From Octopus sinensis (taxonomy: Eukaryota): a stretch of 64,000 nt of DNA. Below, piece by piece: positions 1 to 12,283 of the stretch. A program made the translations under genes and the position numbers. Every line of letters starts with the position of its first letter. Positions within the stretch are counted from its first letter, which is position 1. The stretch covers positions 5,284 to 69,283 of the forward strand of contig NW_021835146.1 in NCBI RefSeq assembly GCF_006345805.1. Direction: 5' to 3'. The notes beneath the pieces were generated by a model. That model saw nothing but the letters and a program-made list of their open reading frames with translations. It made no database searches and was not told where the DNA came from.

Positions 1-155
1 GGTTCGGCAAAAAGAGACCGATAGAATAAGTACTGGGCTTACAAAGAATAAGTCCTGGGGTCGATTTGCTCGACTAAAGGCGGTGCTCCAGCATGGCCGC
101 AGTCAAATGACTGAAACAAGTAAAAGAGTAAAAGAGTAAAGAGAGTAAAGAGAGT
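1..155 (+). mobile_element. SINE family A, 3' end (starts before window)
   Basis: Tail ttcggcaaaa..gaccgatagaataagtact..ctggggtcgatttgctcgactaaaggcggtgctccagcatggccgcagtcaaatgactgaaacaag followed by (taaaaga)n; nearly identical to the tail of the full copy at 19335-19808. Confidence 0.9.
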
Positions 156-259
156 ATTCCCCTCTCAGATACACACACTTATTGCAGCGGACCTTTAGTT
201 TTTGTAAGCTCTGTAAAAGAACTCAGAAGGTTGGACCTCCAACTGGGCCTTTCACAATG

Positions 260-680
260 CCTATTTCTTTACTACCCTCAAGGGGCTAAACACAGAGAGG
301 ACAAACAAGGACAGACAAACGGATTAAGTCGATTATATCGACCCCAGTGCGTAACTGGTACTTATTTAATCTACCCCGAAAGGATGAAAGGCGAAGTCGA
401 CGTCGGCGGAATTTGAACTCAGAACGTTGCGGCAGACGAAATACCTATTTCTTTACTACCCACAAGGGGCTAAACACGGAGAGGACAAACAAGGACAGAC
501 AAACGGATTAAGTCGATTATATCGACCCCAGGGCGTAACTGGTACTTAATTTATCGACCCCCGAAAGGATGAAAGGCGAAGTCGACGTCAGAGGAATTTG
601 AACTCAGAACGTAGCGGCAGACGAAATACTGCTGAGCATTTTACCTGTCGTGCTAACGATCCTGCCAGCTCGCTGCCTTA
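260..680 (-). mobile_element. SINE B1 head-to-tail dimer (full unit 680-440 plus headless unit 445-260)
   Basis: Two B1 bodies joined at ggtatt (440-445); flanked by 13-bp direct repeat ggcctttcacaat at 246-258 and 681-693. Confidence 0.9.
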
Positions 681-734
681 GGCCTTTCACAATAGCCTTA
701 AAACCAGGAAACCTTTCAGCAACCCCTCACACTT

Positions 735-815
735 ATATTTCAAATGTCCAACCTTGTCATATTCTGTGTCACGCTGAACGTCTTTGAGCCCTACATTAAG
801 GTTACCCACATCCTT
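735..815 (+). mobile_element. Diverged fragment of SINE D central region
   Basis: tatttcaaatgtccaaccttgtcatattctgtgtcacgctgaa resembles the reverse complement of 34870-34950. Confidence 0.45.
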
Positions 816-1909
816 AGAAAACCCCAATCAGTTTCAATGTTTGTATTGTATTATAGGGAGGTATTTCTCTACTTACCTCGCCACTTCCCCTCCCCCAAGC
901 TTTCAGTTATACTGTAACATCTCTTAATCTTCACTTGCCCCAGGGCACAGGGTGTGTCTCGGCAAGTGATTGCAACAAACATGCAAATTAAAAGTAAACA
1001 ACAATGACAAGGATAATAATAATAATTGGGGTGTAAGAACACTCCTCGACATCTAAGGAAACTGGTCGTTCTTGGGTTTCGAGGACATTCATATGGAATG
1101 TTAAACATTCCTGCACACCGTGAATAATAATAATAATAATAGTCTGATGATGGGGACGTGTTATACGCGTATTAAACTCTATATGAGCGTGGGTATGTGT
1201 GCGTCTATGCCTGCACTTGCCATTGAGTTTGTTTTTCAACGCTAGAAAAATAGTGTAGATTTGCATCTAACTGTTCGGCAAGGAGGGAACTGATAAAATA
1301 TGTACCACTCTAGATATTCTGGAATCGATTTGATCAACTGAGAAACTCTTTAATGATTGTCTCAGCTTAGCAGCAAACCACTGACTACTACAAAAACATA
1401 CCAACATAATCCATATACACATGCATACACACATTAGTACACACACGTGTGTGTGTGTTGTGCGTGTGAGTGCATGATGACGGCCATGTTACAGCACTGT
1501 GTGCTTCTAAAGAATTGGTCGATCCTCTTGACTCTCGAGTTTATTTCAATCTGATACTCTCATATTATCGATCTGTATTGGTCACGGGGCATAATATAAC
1601 ACAATGACGATAATAACCATTTATAGAGACCGATGTGTTCATAAAACACACCCGCAGATATACACACATACATATCTATATCTATATATATATATATATA
1701 ATATATATATACATGCGTGTGTTTCAGTATGCGGGTGTGCACGTGCTAATGTCTGTCAGTTTATCTATATATGTAGACTTAAATGAAACCAGAGATAAAC
1801 ATGAATAATATATATTAATATTTATTTAAAACAGCGGCGCTGTGTTTTAAAGTAAATATAAATATTTATTATATTTATATCTATCTACATATAATATATA
1901 TGTGTGCAT

Positions 1910-1926
1910 ATATACATGTATATATG

Positions 1927-2002
<76 letters not shown>

Positions 2003-2007
2003 AAATA

Positions 2008-2082
<75 letters not shown>

Positions 2083-2095
2083 GTATGTATGTATA
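1910..2095. repeat. (TA)n microsatellite
   Basis: Direct inspection. Confidence 0.95.
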
Positions 2096-2265
2096 TACAA
2101 CACGTAGTTACAGTCTTTTAGTCTCACAATTCAAAAGAGCACTAAACATTAATGACATTCTGGAAATTGTTCAAATTTATTTATGGTCTTGGTTTCAAAT
2201 AACTTTATACTATACAAATAATCAAAAACAACTAACACCACGTACACACAGACACAGACACATTA

Positions 2266-2334
<69 letters not shown>

Positions 2335-2475
2335 TATATAATATATATATCAATCATAATTGTTAAGTTTTATGTTTCTAGTTTGATAATAGAGTTATTT
2401 ATAAGTAAAATTATTATATTATTTATATCTTAAAATATTGTTTAAATATTCTGATTATATTTTAGATATTTCAAT

Positions 2476-2548
2476 TAACCTGAAGATTGACTGTAACCAT
2501 AACTCGAATTAGTTACGAATTGTACAGCCATGAAACGATCGTAGTGTT
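2476..2548 (+). ncRNA. Hammerhead-ribozyme-like motif (degenerate, Penelope-type)
   Basis: CTGAAGA 2480-2486; stem II tgactgta/tacagcca (7 of 8 pairs); GAAA 2532-2535; palindromic ACGATCGT then A; helix I only 2 bp. Confidence 0.55.
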
Positions 2549-2559
2549 TTACTCTTTAT

Positions 2560-2790
2560 CTTTTATTAAACTTTTAATACCTTTGATATATATTTAAAAT
2601 AATATAAATGAATTAATTTTATGTATTGGCTTATGTTTTTCATAGTTTGATTTGCTTAATAGTGGTTTTATCTCTAATTTAATATAATATAATATAATAT
2701 ATTTATACTATAAAATTGGATTTAATCCTAAATCTGATTTTTCCCTGTAAGTTTGGATTTATTCCCTAATATTTTATTATATATATATAT
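2560..2790 (+). repeat. AT-rich interspersed repeat, homologous to 49882-50130
   Basis: Shared gtttga.ttgc.taatagtggttttatctctaattt..tatttatact...aaatt.gatttaat.ctaaat..atttttccc..taagttt; ends in (TA)n. Confidence 0.75.
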
Positions 2791-2851
2791 ATAAGTTCAG
2801 CAAAATTTTGATTCAAATGAATGAATATGGTTCTTAAGTCAGATGAACCAG

Positions 2852-2953
2852 AATTTAGTACGGTGTTACTGATGATTGCTCAACATATTAAAACTGTTGT
2901 AATACTTATAATGTTTAATAAAATGATGTAGCGTGAAACGATCGTACCAAATT
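2852..2953 (+). ncRNA. Hammerhead-ribozyme-like motif (degenerate)
   Basis: CTGATGA 2869-2875; stem II gct(ca)acat/atgtagc; GAAA 2935-2938; same ACGATCGT-A as the 2476 motif. Confidence 0.5.
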
Positions 2954-3030
2954 ACCGAAGATATTCTTGTTGCTTAATTTGATTATATATATATATATAT
3001 GTGTGTGTGTGTAGAAAAACAAACTGGGAC

Positions 3031-3065
<35 letters not shown>

Positions 3066-3142
3066 CATGCTCACGTTCACAGAGTTATACAAACACAGAA
3101 ACATGCATTCGCACACATGCACACTCGTGTTGATACACATGT

Positions 3143-3549
3143 ACTCTTTTACTTGTTTGTTTCAGTCATTTGACTGTGGCCATGCTGGAGCACCGGCTTT
3201 AGTTGAGCAAATCGACCCCAGGACGTATTCTTTGTAAGCCTAGTACTTATTCTATCGGCCCCTTTAGCCGAATCGCTAAGTTACGGGGACGTAAACACAC
3301 CAGCATCGGTTGTCAAGCGATGTTGGGAAGACAAACGCAGACACACAGACACACACACTTACATACAAATATATAAAGACATATATACGACGAGCTTCTT
3401 TCAGTTTCCGTCTATCAAATCTACTCACAAGGCTTTCCTCGGCCCGAGGATATAGTAGAAGACACTTGCCCAAGGTGCCAAGCAGTGGGACTGAACCAGC
3501 AACCATGTGGTTGATAAGCAAGCTACTTACCACACAGCCACTTCTACGC
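3143..3549 (-). mobile_element. SINE family A, full length
   Basis: tRNA-like head (tggctgtgtggtaag .. ggttcagtccc), ccttgggcaagtgtctt, central microsatellite, family tail. Confidence 0.92.
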
Positions 3550-3640
3550 TATGGTAATATATACATATGTATGTGTTTTGTGTGGTATGTGCGAGCGCTT
3601 TGTATATGAAGTTATATATAAAAATAGTCTAATATTATAT

Positions 3641-3690
<50 letters not shown>

Positions 3691-3902
3691 TATTATGTAG
3701 AGAGAGAGGGGAAGGGAGAGAGAGACAGACTAGCAGAGACATACGATCATGTAAAATGACGTTTGCTGGCGTAACGTATTACGTATATAAAAATAAGTGC
3801 TCCGATTGACCTAAAACTCCAACTATAGCTGTGCTGTAGAACGTTGAATGGCTATAAGTGGTTTATCATTGAGCGGTTACACGTACAACAAACGGAAAGA
3901 AT

Positions 3903-4391
3903 GAAGCCCAGTATACCCATCATGACTACCCGTCTGATAAGGGTACATCAGGCACATGCATCACAACCATGTTTGCGCGACATGGTGATCTCATATCAAG
4001 ATAAACAGCACATGACCTTGCAAGTGGGGCCCAGTTACAATTTTCTTCTGGTCGAGTAGCCAATCCCATTCAAAAGGTCCCTGAACAAGGGTTGTTTAAG
4101 GATGTTGAACGAAACACCCATGTTTCCAGAGGTGAATTATTCAAACCCCAATGAATCCCTCTCAATACATGGCTATGATGCTGCCCCACTACTTCTGCTC
4201 GTGATCAGAGATGCACATATCGTCAGCCACTAAGGGACATGGTCAACTGGTTACGGTCAAACAAATGGTATTGAGCAGAATATTTGCTGTAGCCCATCTT
4301 TTATACCAAGACAAAACGATGTACATGATCACACTTCCAATCAGTTCAGATCAGAAGCCACGAGAGCCACTGCCTGGTACTGCATCAGGGC

Positions 4392-4392
<1 letters not shown>
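3903..4392 (-). mobile_element. Element C (non-coding, (AAT)n-associated), 3' end missing
   Basis: Reverse complement of 16338-16845; abuts the (ATT)n array at 4393. Confidence 0.9.
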
Positions 4393-4463
<71 letters not shown>

Positions 4464-4487
4464 CATCATCATATATTATTATTATTA

Positions 4488-4534
<47 letters not shown>

Positions 4535-4550
4535 CATTGTTATAATTATT

Positions 4551-4591
<41 letters not shown>
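4393..4591. repeat. (ATT)n grading into (ATC)n
   Basis: Direct inspection. Confidence 0.95.
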
Positions 4592-5029
4592 TTCACCATC
4601 AATAAAAGCAGCAACAAGCACAGCCACTGAATCTCTGATGTTCAAAAGCAAAAGAAACCGAAAATCCATTTTAAAAAGGAAGAAACAGCACATGAAATGT
4701 CAACCCATAACTGTGTCGATAATCCGTTTTTGAATTTGTTTTGTCAAAATTTTGGTCTGCAAACATGTGCTGACACCAATATCTTTTATATTTTGAAAAC
4801 GGCATAACAAATAAACACTCACTCACACACACACACACACACCACACACACACACACACACACATACGCGTCAGTTGTTGCTTGTCTGTTTTCTCTTTTG
4901 TCCGCCATTTTTGTTTTATCATCACATATCATGTGGCTCACTTAATGGACGTAGAGTTTCCGAAAAATGTTATTTTTTTTTTAAAAAGACATTTAATTAC
5001 CATTATAATTAATTGAGAATCTTTAGAAA

Positions 5030-5070
<41 letters not shown>

Positions 5071-5288
5071 TGTGAGAGCAGATAGCAACATGTTTAAAAT
5101 GAAAGACAGAGAGGAGGGGAATATAAAACGAACGAAGAAGAGAACTTGAGTGCGATAGAGGCAGACAAACTCACAGGCAAGTCTTTCTGGCTGAAACTAA
5201 TCCTTCTTTTTCTCTCTGTGTCTACCTATCACCGTTTGTATATATATTGGCTTTGATCTGAAAAAAGTTGTGTGTATGTATCACTAAA

Positions 5289-5678
5289 CTAGCAGTATCG
5301 CCCGGCGTCGCTCGGGTTTGTTTCGACCCTTTACAATTGGAATTTTTGAAAAGTAAAAAATTTGCATTATGTAGCTTGTTATTCTCTTTTCAATGAACAT
5401 TTTTTCTGGTTGAAATGCACCTAAAAATGGCGACACAGCAGTCAAAAAATCGGAAAAAATAGGGATCTTCATAGAAAAAAAAGCACCTTTTTGATGTAAA
5501 TAATTTTTGGTGTTAACATGGTCCGATTTGAAGTTTATCTTCTACGGAAGGAAGAGCAAGCCTTTTCTATCATACTCTCAATTTTGGTCAACTTGTGCCG
5601 CAGGGTTTCGGAGGAGATAGTGTTAGTTGAAGGCTACCAAACCTGCCATACACAGACAACTTCAACTTTATATATAGA
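5289..5678 (-). mobile_element. Non-autonomous Helitron, 390 bp
   Basis: Starts TCTATATATAAAG after A; ends with hairpin cccgagcgacgccggg then CTAG followed by T; no TSD; second copy at 58313-58701. Confidence 0.88.
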
Positions 5679-5766
5679 TAGGTTAAGGATGTGTAGAGGC
5701 AGAAAAGTATTATCGAATAAAGTGACAATAATCGATCATAGTATTTCGCTGGTATTAATTTTACCG

Positions 5767-5833
<67 letters not shown>

Positions 5834-6187
5834 GAGAATGTAGCATTAGATTGAAAGAACACTTAAAACCTTCCACCAAAAAAGGTTAGCAGATATTTCA
5901 GGCTAACCTAACGACGCTGAGCGAGCTGGAACTCGGAACTCACCTCCCAACTCCTTATCCCTCTCGTTGTTTGGTCGTAAAATTTTATTTCCAAACACAC
6001 ACACACACACACCCACACTCATATATACATACGCTCTCACAAACACACACATACACACGGACACATGTTTCGATATAGACACAATTGGACACACAAGCGC
6101 GCACTTGCACATGCAAGCATGTATATATATATATATATACACACACATATCTGCTTACTTATCTAGCTAGCTATCTTTATTTATCTG

Positions 6188-6210
6188 TCTATCTATCTAT
6201 CTATCTATCT

Positions 6211-6263
<53 letters not shown>

Positions 6264-6264
6264 G

Positions 6265-6342
<78 letters not shown>
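6188..6342. repeat. (TATC)n/(GATA)n microsatellite with inverted junction near 6211
   Basis: Direct inspection. Confidence 0.9.
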
Positions 6343-6372
6343 ACATAGATATAGATGTAGATAGATAGAGAG

Positions 6373-6761
6373 CAGCGCTGGATTAAATCTTAAGCAAAAT
6401 AAACACGTTCTTATGACATCAAGTGAAGCGGGGCACCACAGAAATAGTGAATAGTTTACGGCAGAAAAGAAATAAATTTAAACTTGCTAAAATAATATTC
6501 TAAGTAGTTTACATGATCTGGAATATACTTTCGAAGTGTTCATGATGTCATAAGGAAGATCTGATAATAGAATTTGCTGCTAAAAACAGTCGGAGAAAAC
6601 TTTTCAATGGAAGTGTACAAAAATAACCATTATGTTCCATCTTAGAAAAAGAAAAAATTCCTTTTATGGTTAATTATTGTTTGCATTTTGAGTTACATAT
6701 ATATGGGTCCACCAAAAGCATTTAAGTGCTTAGGGCATCAATGGGCCTTAATCCAGCCCTG
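6373..6761. mobile_element. Non-autonomous hAT-type element (MITE)
   Basis: 14-bp TIRs cagcgctggattaa / ttaatccagccctg (13 of 14); 8-bp flanks atagagag / atagaaag (7 of 8). Confidence 0.75.
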
Positions 6762-7022
6762 ATAGAAAGACAGACAGACAGACTGACAAACAGAGAGACA
6801 GATTCCTTATTTCGAAGAGTATGTTCATTAAATTACCTCCCCCCCTCTGTAAAATCCCGCCCCGGCTAATTTAGTTCCTATTAAACTAGCCTACTTTGTT
6901 AATGGCGGCGAATAAGATGGCGCTTGGAAATTGGAAATTGATAGAAATTATGAGTTAATTCGTCTTTCTGTAAATATTTTTATGATTTTATTTTTTTGTT
7001 TGCTCGTAATATTCTATTGACG

Positions 7023-7435
7023 ATTATCATCGGCCGCGATCACGGTGATAGTCATCATTACCATCATCGTCATCATCATCATCATCGTCATCATCATCAT
7101 CATCATCATCATCATCGTCATCATCATCATCATCATCATCCTCATGATCATCATCACCATCATATTCATCGTCATCATGATCATCATATTCATCATATTC
7201 ATCATCAGAGTCATCATCATGATCACCATCAGCGTCATCGACGACATCATCATCATCATCATCACCATCGTCATCATCATCATCATCGTCATCATCATCA
7301 TCATCATCACTATCGTCACCATCATCAATAGTTGAAGTCACCGTCGTAGTCATCGTCATCATCTTCATCATCATCATCATCATCACCATCATCATCATCA
7401 TCCTCATCACCATCACCATCATCACCATCATCGTC
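7023..7435. repeat. (CAT)n-rich compound microsatellite
   Basis: Direct inspection. Confidence 0.95.
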
Positions 7436-8118
7436 ATGAGTTTCGTTCGAACGACGTCGAGGATGAGGATAATGATACTGAGGGCAGACGAAGAGGACAT
7501 AACGTGACGCTAATAAACAACGACGACGACCGAGGAGGAGGAGGAGGAGGAATGGTGGGAAAAGGAAGGGAGGCGGAGAAGAACAAGAACAAGAACAACA
7601 ACAACAACAGCAGCAGCAACAAAAAGAGAAGGATACGAAGGGTGGGGAAGAGGTAATGAAGAAAGGGAGTTGGCGGAAGACTGTACCGACGATGAAATCA
7701 TTAAAAAAATATTATAGGATTTTCTTTACAATTATTTCATGCATTATTATTATTTTTATACAACCCTTAGCGGTTAATAAAGAAAACATTATCATTATCA
7801 TCATCATCATCATCATCATTATTATTATTATTATTATTATTATTGAAAATGCCAATTTTATCGATTCGAGCGAATATTTCCACGCCATCTTTGATGAATT
7901 TTAATGAAAGCTAAACTAACAGTTCGCAACAGTAAAAATAACAAACAAACAAAAAAGAAGAAAAAAACAATGATAAATAATAAACGTAATAAGCTCATCA
8001 AAACCGCCACTCCCAGCTCCGGCACCACCACCACCACCAACACTAACACAACAACAACAACAGCAACATTCACAACCATGACCACAAGTGCGACAAACAT
8101 GAACATAACAGCACGATC

Positions 8119-8150
<32 letters not shown>

Positions 8151-8319
8151 ACCACCACTAACATCACCACGAGTTTGACCACCACCTTAACCACAACTAC
8201 TACTGCAACCTCAAATTAAAACACCAAACAAACCACGATCACAATCACCACCACTACGACTTCATCTGCATCCACTGCCACTACCACCACCACCACCACC
8301 ACCACCACCTCTACTACTA

Positions 8320-8350
<31 letters not shown>

Positions 8351-8569
8351 ACTTCTACTACTTCTACTACTACTACAGCCATCATTGCCCCGATCACCAC
8401 CACTACTATCATTACTTATACGAGGATTATTGTGGCTACTATCAAAAGCCCCGCTACCATCATAGCTAAAATATCCGCGACTCAAACGCAGAAATCCACC
8501 AATACAACGACAGTAGGAACAGCAATTATTTAGTAATAATAGCAACAACAATATCAACAACAACAAAAA

Positions 8570-8804
8570 GGTGGCGAACTGGTAGAAACGTTAGCACGCC
8601 AGGCGAGATGCTTATCGGTATTTCGTCTGCCGTTACGTTCTGAGTTCAAATTCCGCCGAGGTCGACTTTGCCTTTCATCCTTTTAGGGTCGATTAATTAA
8701 GTACCAGTTACGCACTGGGGTCGATATAATCGACTTAATCCGTTTGTCTGTCCTTGTGTGTCCTCTCTGTGTTGAGCCCCTTGTGGGTAGTAAAGAAATA
8801 GGTA
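8570..8804 (+). mobile_element. SINE B1, full length
   Basis: Head ggtggcgaactggtagaaacgttagc, B-box-like gttcaaattcc, tail gccccttgtgggtagtaaagaaataggta. Confidence 0.92.
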
Positions 8805-8930
8805 ATTAGCCTGTCTTTACATTCTGTGTTCAAATTCCTCCGAGGTCGACTTTGCCTTTCATCCTTTCGGGGTCGATAAATTAATTACCAGTTGCGTACT
8901 GGAGTCGATCTAATCGACTGGCCCCCTCCC
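8801..8930 (+). mobile_element. SINE B2 body fused to the B1 tail
   Basis: Begins at ggta (position equivalent to ggtatt in the head); has B2-type ctggccccctccc. Confidence 0.8.
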
Positions 8931-9046
8931 GAAAGGATGAAAGGCGAAGTCGACCTCGGCAGAATTTGATCTCAGAACGAAAGGACGAACGAAAAGCCGC
9001 TAAACGTTTTATCCGGCGTGCTGACGACCCCGCCAGCTCGTTGCTT
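8928..9046 (-). mobile_element. SINE B 5' half, inverted relative to its neighbours
   Basis: Reverse complement reads gcaacgagctggcggggtcgtcagcacgccgg..gttctgagatcaaattctgccgaggtcgac..cctttcggg. Confidence 0.85.
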
Positions 9047-9160
9047 CAACAACAACAATTGTAATAATGATAATGATGATGATAATGATGATGATCACGA
9101 CAACGACGACGATGACAGCAACAACAAGAACAGTTGAAATATTATTGGTGAAGGGAAGAT

Positions 9161-9257
9161 GAAGAAGAAGAAGAAGAAGAAGAAGAAGAAGAAGAAGAAG
9201 AAGAAGAAGAAGAAGAAGAAGAAGAAGAAGAAGAAGAAGAAGAAGAAGAAGAAGAAG

Positions 9258-9286
<29 letters not shown>
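9161..9286. repeat. Pure (GAA)42
   Basis: 126 uninterrupted bp. Confidence 0.95.
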
Positions 9287-9288
<2 letters not shown>

Positions 9289-9532
9289 GATGAAAGAGGA
9301 AGAAAAAGAAAACAAGAAGAATTTATTTTCCGGTTTTCTTTCCTTTTTTTGTTAACAAGTTAATAATGAAAAAGGGTTTATGAAATTTGTTGCACTGATG
9401 TAAAAATCAATAAATCGATATTCGAAGACTACGGTGACAGTAAGATATATTTGGGGACTGAGTGTATCGATAGGCAGAATGGAATTCGATAGTGAGTCTT
9501 CCTTCTTCATTAGGTATGATGTGCAAAGTGAC

Positions 9533-9580
<48 letters not shown>

Positions 9581-10010
9581 CATAATAATAATAATGATAA
9601 TAATAATAATGATAATAATAATAATTAGATCTGTCAAACATGGCGTAAAGAACGAGAAAACAACTGTACGGATTTGAAGCAAAAGATGGCGCTATTTAAA
9701 TGATTCTCCATCAGGACAAGAGAATTCTCAGGTGGATTTCCTTCCCACCTTGTTGTGAATGTTTAGCTAGCTGCAGGTCGGCCCCGGTCGTGTAGACCAA
9801 TGATCAAAGCCGTTTTAAGCTGTGGTTAGTTGAGCGATGATAAAGACTAGTGAGAGAAAAAATGTCTGCGAAAAAATAAAAATTTAATTAAAAGAGATCG
9901 AAAATTAGAATTTTTAGATTTTAAATTTTGAATATTCCTACAGAAGAGCATTCGTTAGAAATGCTGGAAGTGTGTGTGCGGGGAGACTAAATGCAGCACT
10001 TAGGGATAAC

Positions 10011-10252
10011 GAAGCCATGTGGTTAGGCTGTTGCAGACACGATCGGAAAGGTCGTGGTTTCGATTCTCGGGTCGGGCAGTGCGTTGTGTTCTTGAGCAAA
10101 CACTTCATTTCGCGTTTCTCCAATCTCATCAGATGTAGATGAGTAACCTTGAGACGAACTAGCATCCCGTTCATAGGGTAATGTTGCGATTTGGGTTGCT
10201 TGTATGCCATGGAAACTCGCCCTAGGAGTCCTAGGATGTCAAGCAGAAGACT
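10011..10252 (+). mobile_element. SINE family E with (TAC)n tail
   Basis: A/B-box-like head (ggtttcgattc), tgtgttcttgagcaaacactt core, gagtaaccttgagacgaactagcatccc domain; tail expands into a microsatellite to 10450. Confidence 0.8.
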
Positions 10253-10290
<38 letters not shown>

Positions 10291-11803
10291 ACTACTACTC
10301 TATTACTATTACTACTGCTGCTGCTACTACTACTGCTGCCACTACTACTACTGCTACTACCACTACTATTACTGCTGCTGCTGCTGCTACTACTACTACC
10401 ACCACCACCACTACTACTAGTACCACCACCATCACCACTACAACTACTAATGGATAATTAGAAATGTGTTAAACGTGTGTCTGTCTGTTTGTCCATTTGC
10501 GTATGTTTGTATGTGTGTGTGTGTTTGTATGAGTGTGTGTGTGTTTGTGTGCTTGTGTATGTATGTCCGTGTAGGTGATTGTGTGTGTTTATGTGTGTTT
10601 ACGTGCAGGTGTGTGTGAGTGTGTGAGCGTGTGTGTATGCTTGTATGTGTGTGCATATGTGTGAGTGTGTTGGGAACATGTGTGTGTATGTTTGTGTGTG
10701 TGTACGTGTGCATGTATATGCTTGTGTATGTACATATGTATGTATTTATCGGTGTATATATGTGTGTAAGTATATGTATGTGTAATATGTATATATGCAC
10801 AGAGAGAAAGAGGAAAAGAGAAAGACATAAGAAGAGAAAGAGAGAAAAAGAGAGGGAGAGGTGAAAAATAGGAGTGTAGAAGAAGACCGAGTTTAAAATT
10901 AGTAACAACAACCGATGGATCGCAAATAATAAGTCTCGCAGATCCAGTTCCAGCCAATCCCACGTTCACACTGTACATTGCATCATAGAATCAGATTAAT
11001 TAACGAAATCTTCATTTTAGTGAAGCTATTATGCTCATAATGCCAAACTTTCTGTTGGTTTGTTTTTAACTTCAACGATGAGAGGCTGCTCAATAAACAT
11101 AAACTAGCTGCATCTTGTCAGACATCGGACTATCCCGGAACAATGTGCGCTGCCAGTTTATATATTACAATGTTTATAGTGTGTTAGTAAGGTTCTGGTT
11201 TGTAGTGGTGGATGTTGTTGTAGGGATTGTCGGTAATATTATTTGTGATGGCCGCTATGAAAGGGGAACTTTCATGCCGAAACTTCAGCCTGGTGAACCG
11301 AGGATCCTCATGTATATACATATATATATATATATATACGGTTTACACTAATAACCAGGAATTCTTACTATCGAAATCTTGGCGTAGTTTTTGGGTAGAT
11401 ACACATTTCCGAAGTCAGTTGATGTGTGTCGCCATCGTTTCTTTTCTACCCTAAAAAGACAGAGCTAATATTTCATACCATGATTCACAGACATTTGTGA
11501 ATCAAAATTTTATGATCCATCAAGGACAGAGTAACATTATGAAGTACTTGTCAAAACGATGCTGTATATGTTTTTCTGAGAAATATTGTATCTTACACAA
11601 CCCGTCTGTCATTATGGGAAGAAAAACAGAGCTAATATCGACATGTAGTAAAGGCATGGTAGAATTGTTATCACTTTTGAGGATAATAAAGTGCAGGTTT
11701 CACATGAAGTAAGATGGTGTGGTCTTGACTTTTGCTTCAATAGCTACGACCCAACAAAAGTATGCTGAAGATCATTGTGTAATAATATCTGTATACTAAC
11801 GGT

Positions 11804-12158
11804 AAACCTTCGTCACGGGGTCGGAGACCCCTCTTCGGTCCACGAATGACCATGGGATTGCATCAAGAAATTAACCCTCCGAGACACAAGTCCGAGCAAT
11901 GTTGATTATGGAAGACCAGCAGTCGCCCATACATACCAGCCTCTGCTCACCACGCCGCCGATGCCATCCAAGGGAAAGGCAAAGGGGCCGATACAGCTTG
12001 GCACCAGTGATGTCGCAACTCATTTCTACAGCTGATTGAACTAAACAAACTTGAAATAAAGTGTCTTGCTCAAGAACACAATCCGAAGCCCGGTCCGGGA
12101 TTCGAACTCCCAGTCTGACAGTTATAAGTTCGACGCTCTAACCATTGAGCCATGCACC
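11804..12158 (-). mobile_element. SINE family F (tRNA head plus CORE-like segment)
   Basis: Reverse complement: ggtgcatggctcaatggttagagc..gagttcgaatccc..tgtgttcttgagcaagacactttattt..cagctgtagaaatgag. Confidence 0.8.
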
Positions 12159-12226
12159 TTCACTCGTCGGGGAGTAAGTACAGCAATACATTCTTAAATA
12201 CACACATGCATAAATGAATGTATGTG

Positions 12227-12283
<57 letters not shown>

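Noticed and set aside
1144-1180. CTGATGA followed by a small hairpin
   Set aside because: No GAAA and no closing pair
7014-7500. His-rich and Asp-rich ORFs (also 39190-39976, 40837-41646, 63383-63952)
   Set aside because: Translations of trinucleotide microsatellites
10905-10990. Possible short host exon (VTTTDGSQIISLADPVPANPTFTLYIAS)
   Set aside because: Weak acceptor, no donor before the stop, and no recognisable protein
11243-11295. Hammerhead-like ggc..atgaaag/ctttcat gcc GAAAC
   Set aside because: Good stem, but CTGANGA is broken and no NUH or helix I can be placed
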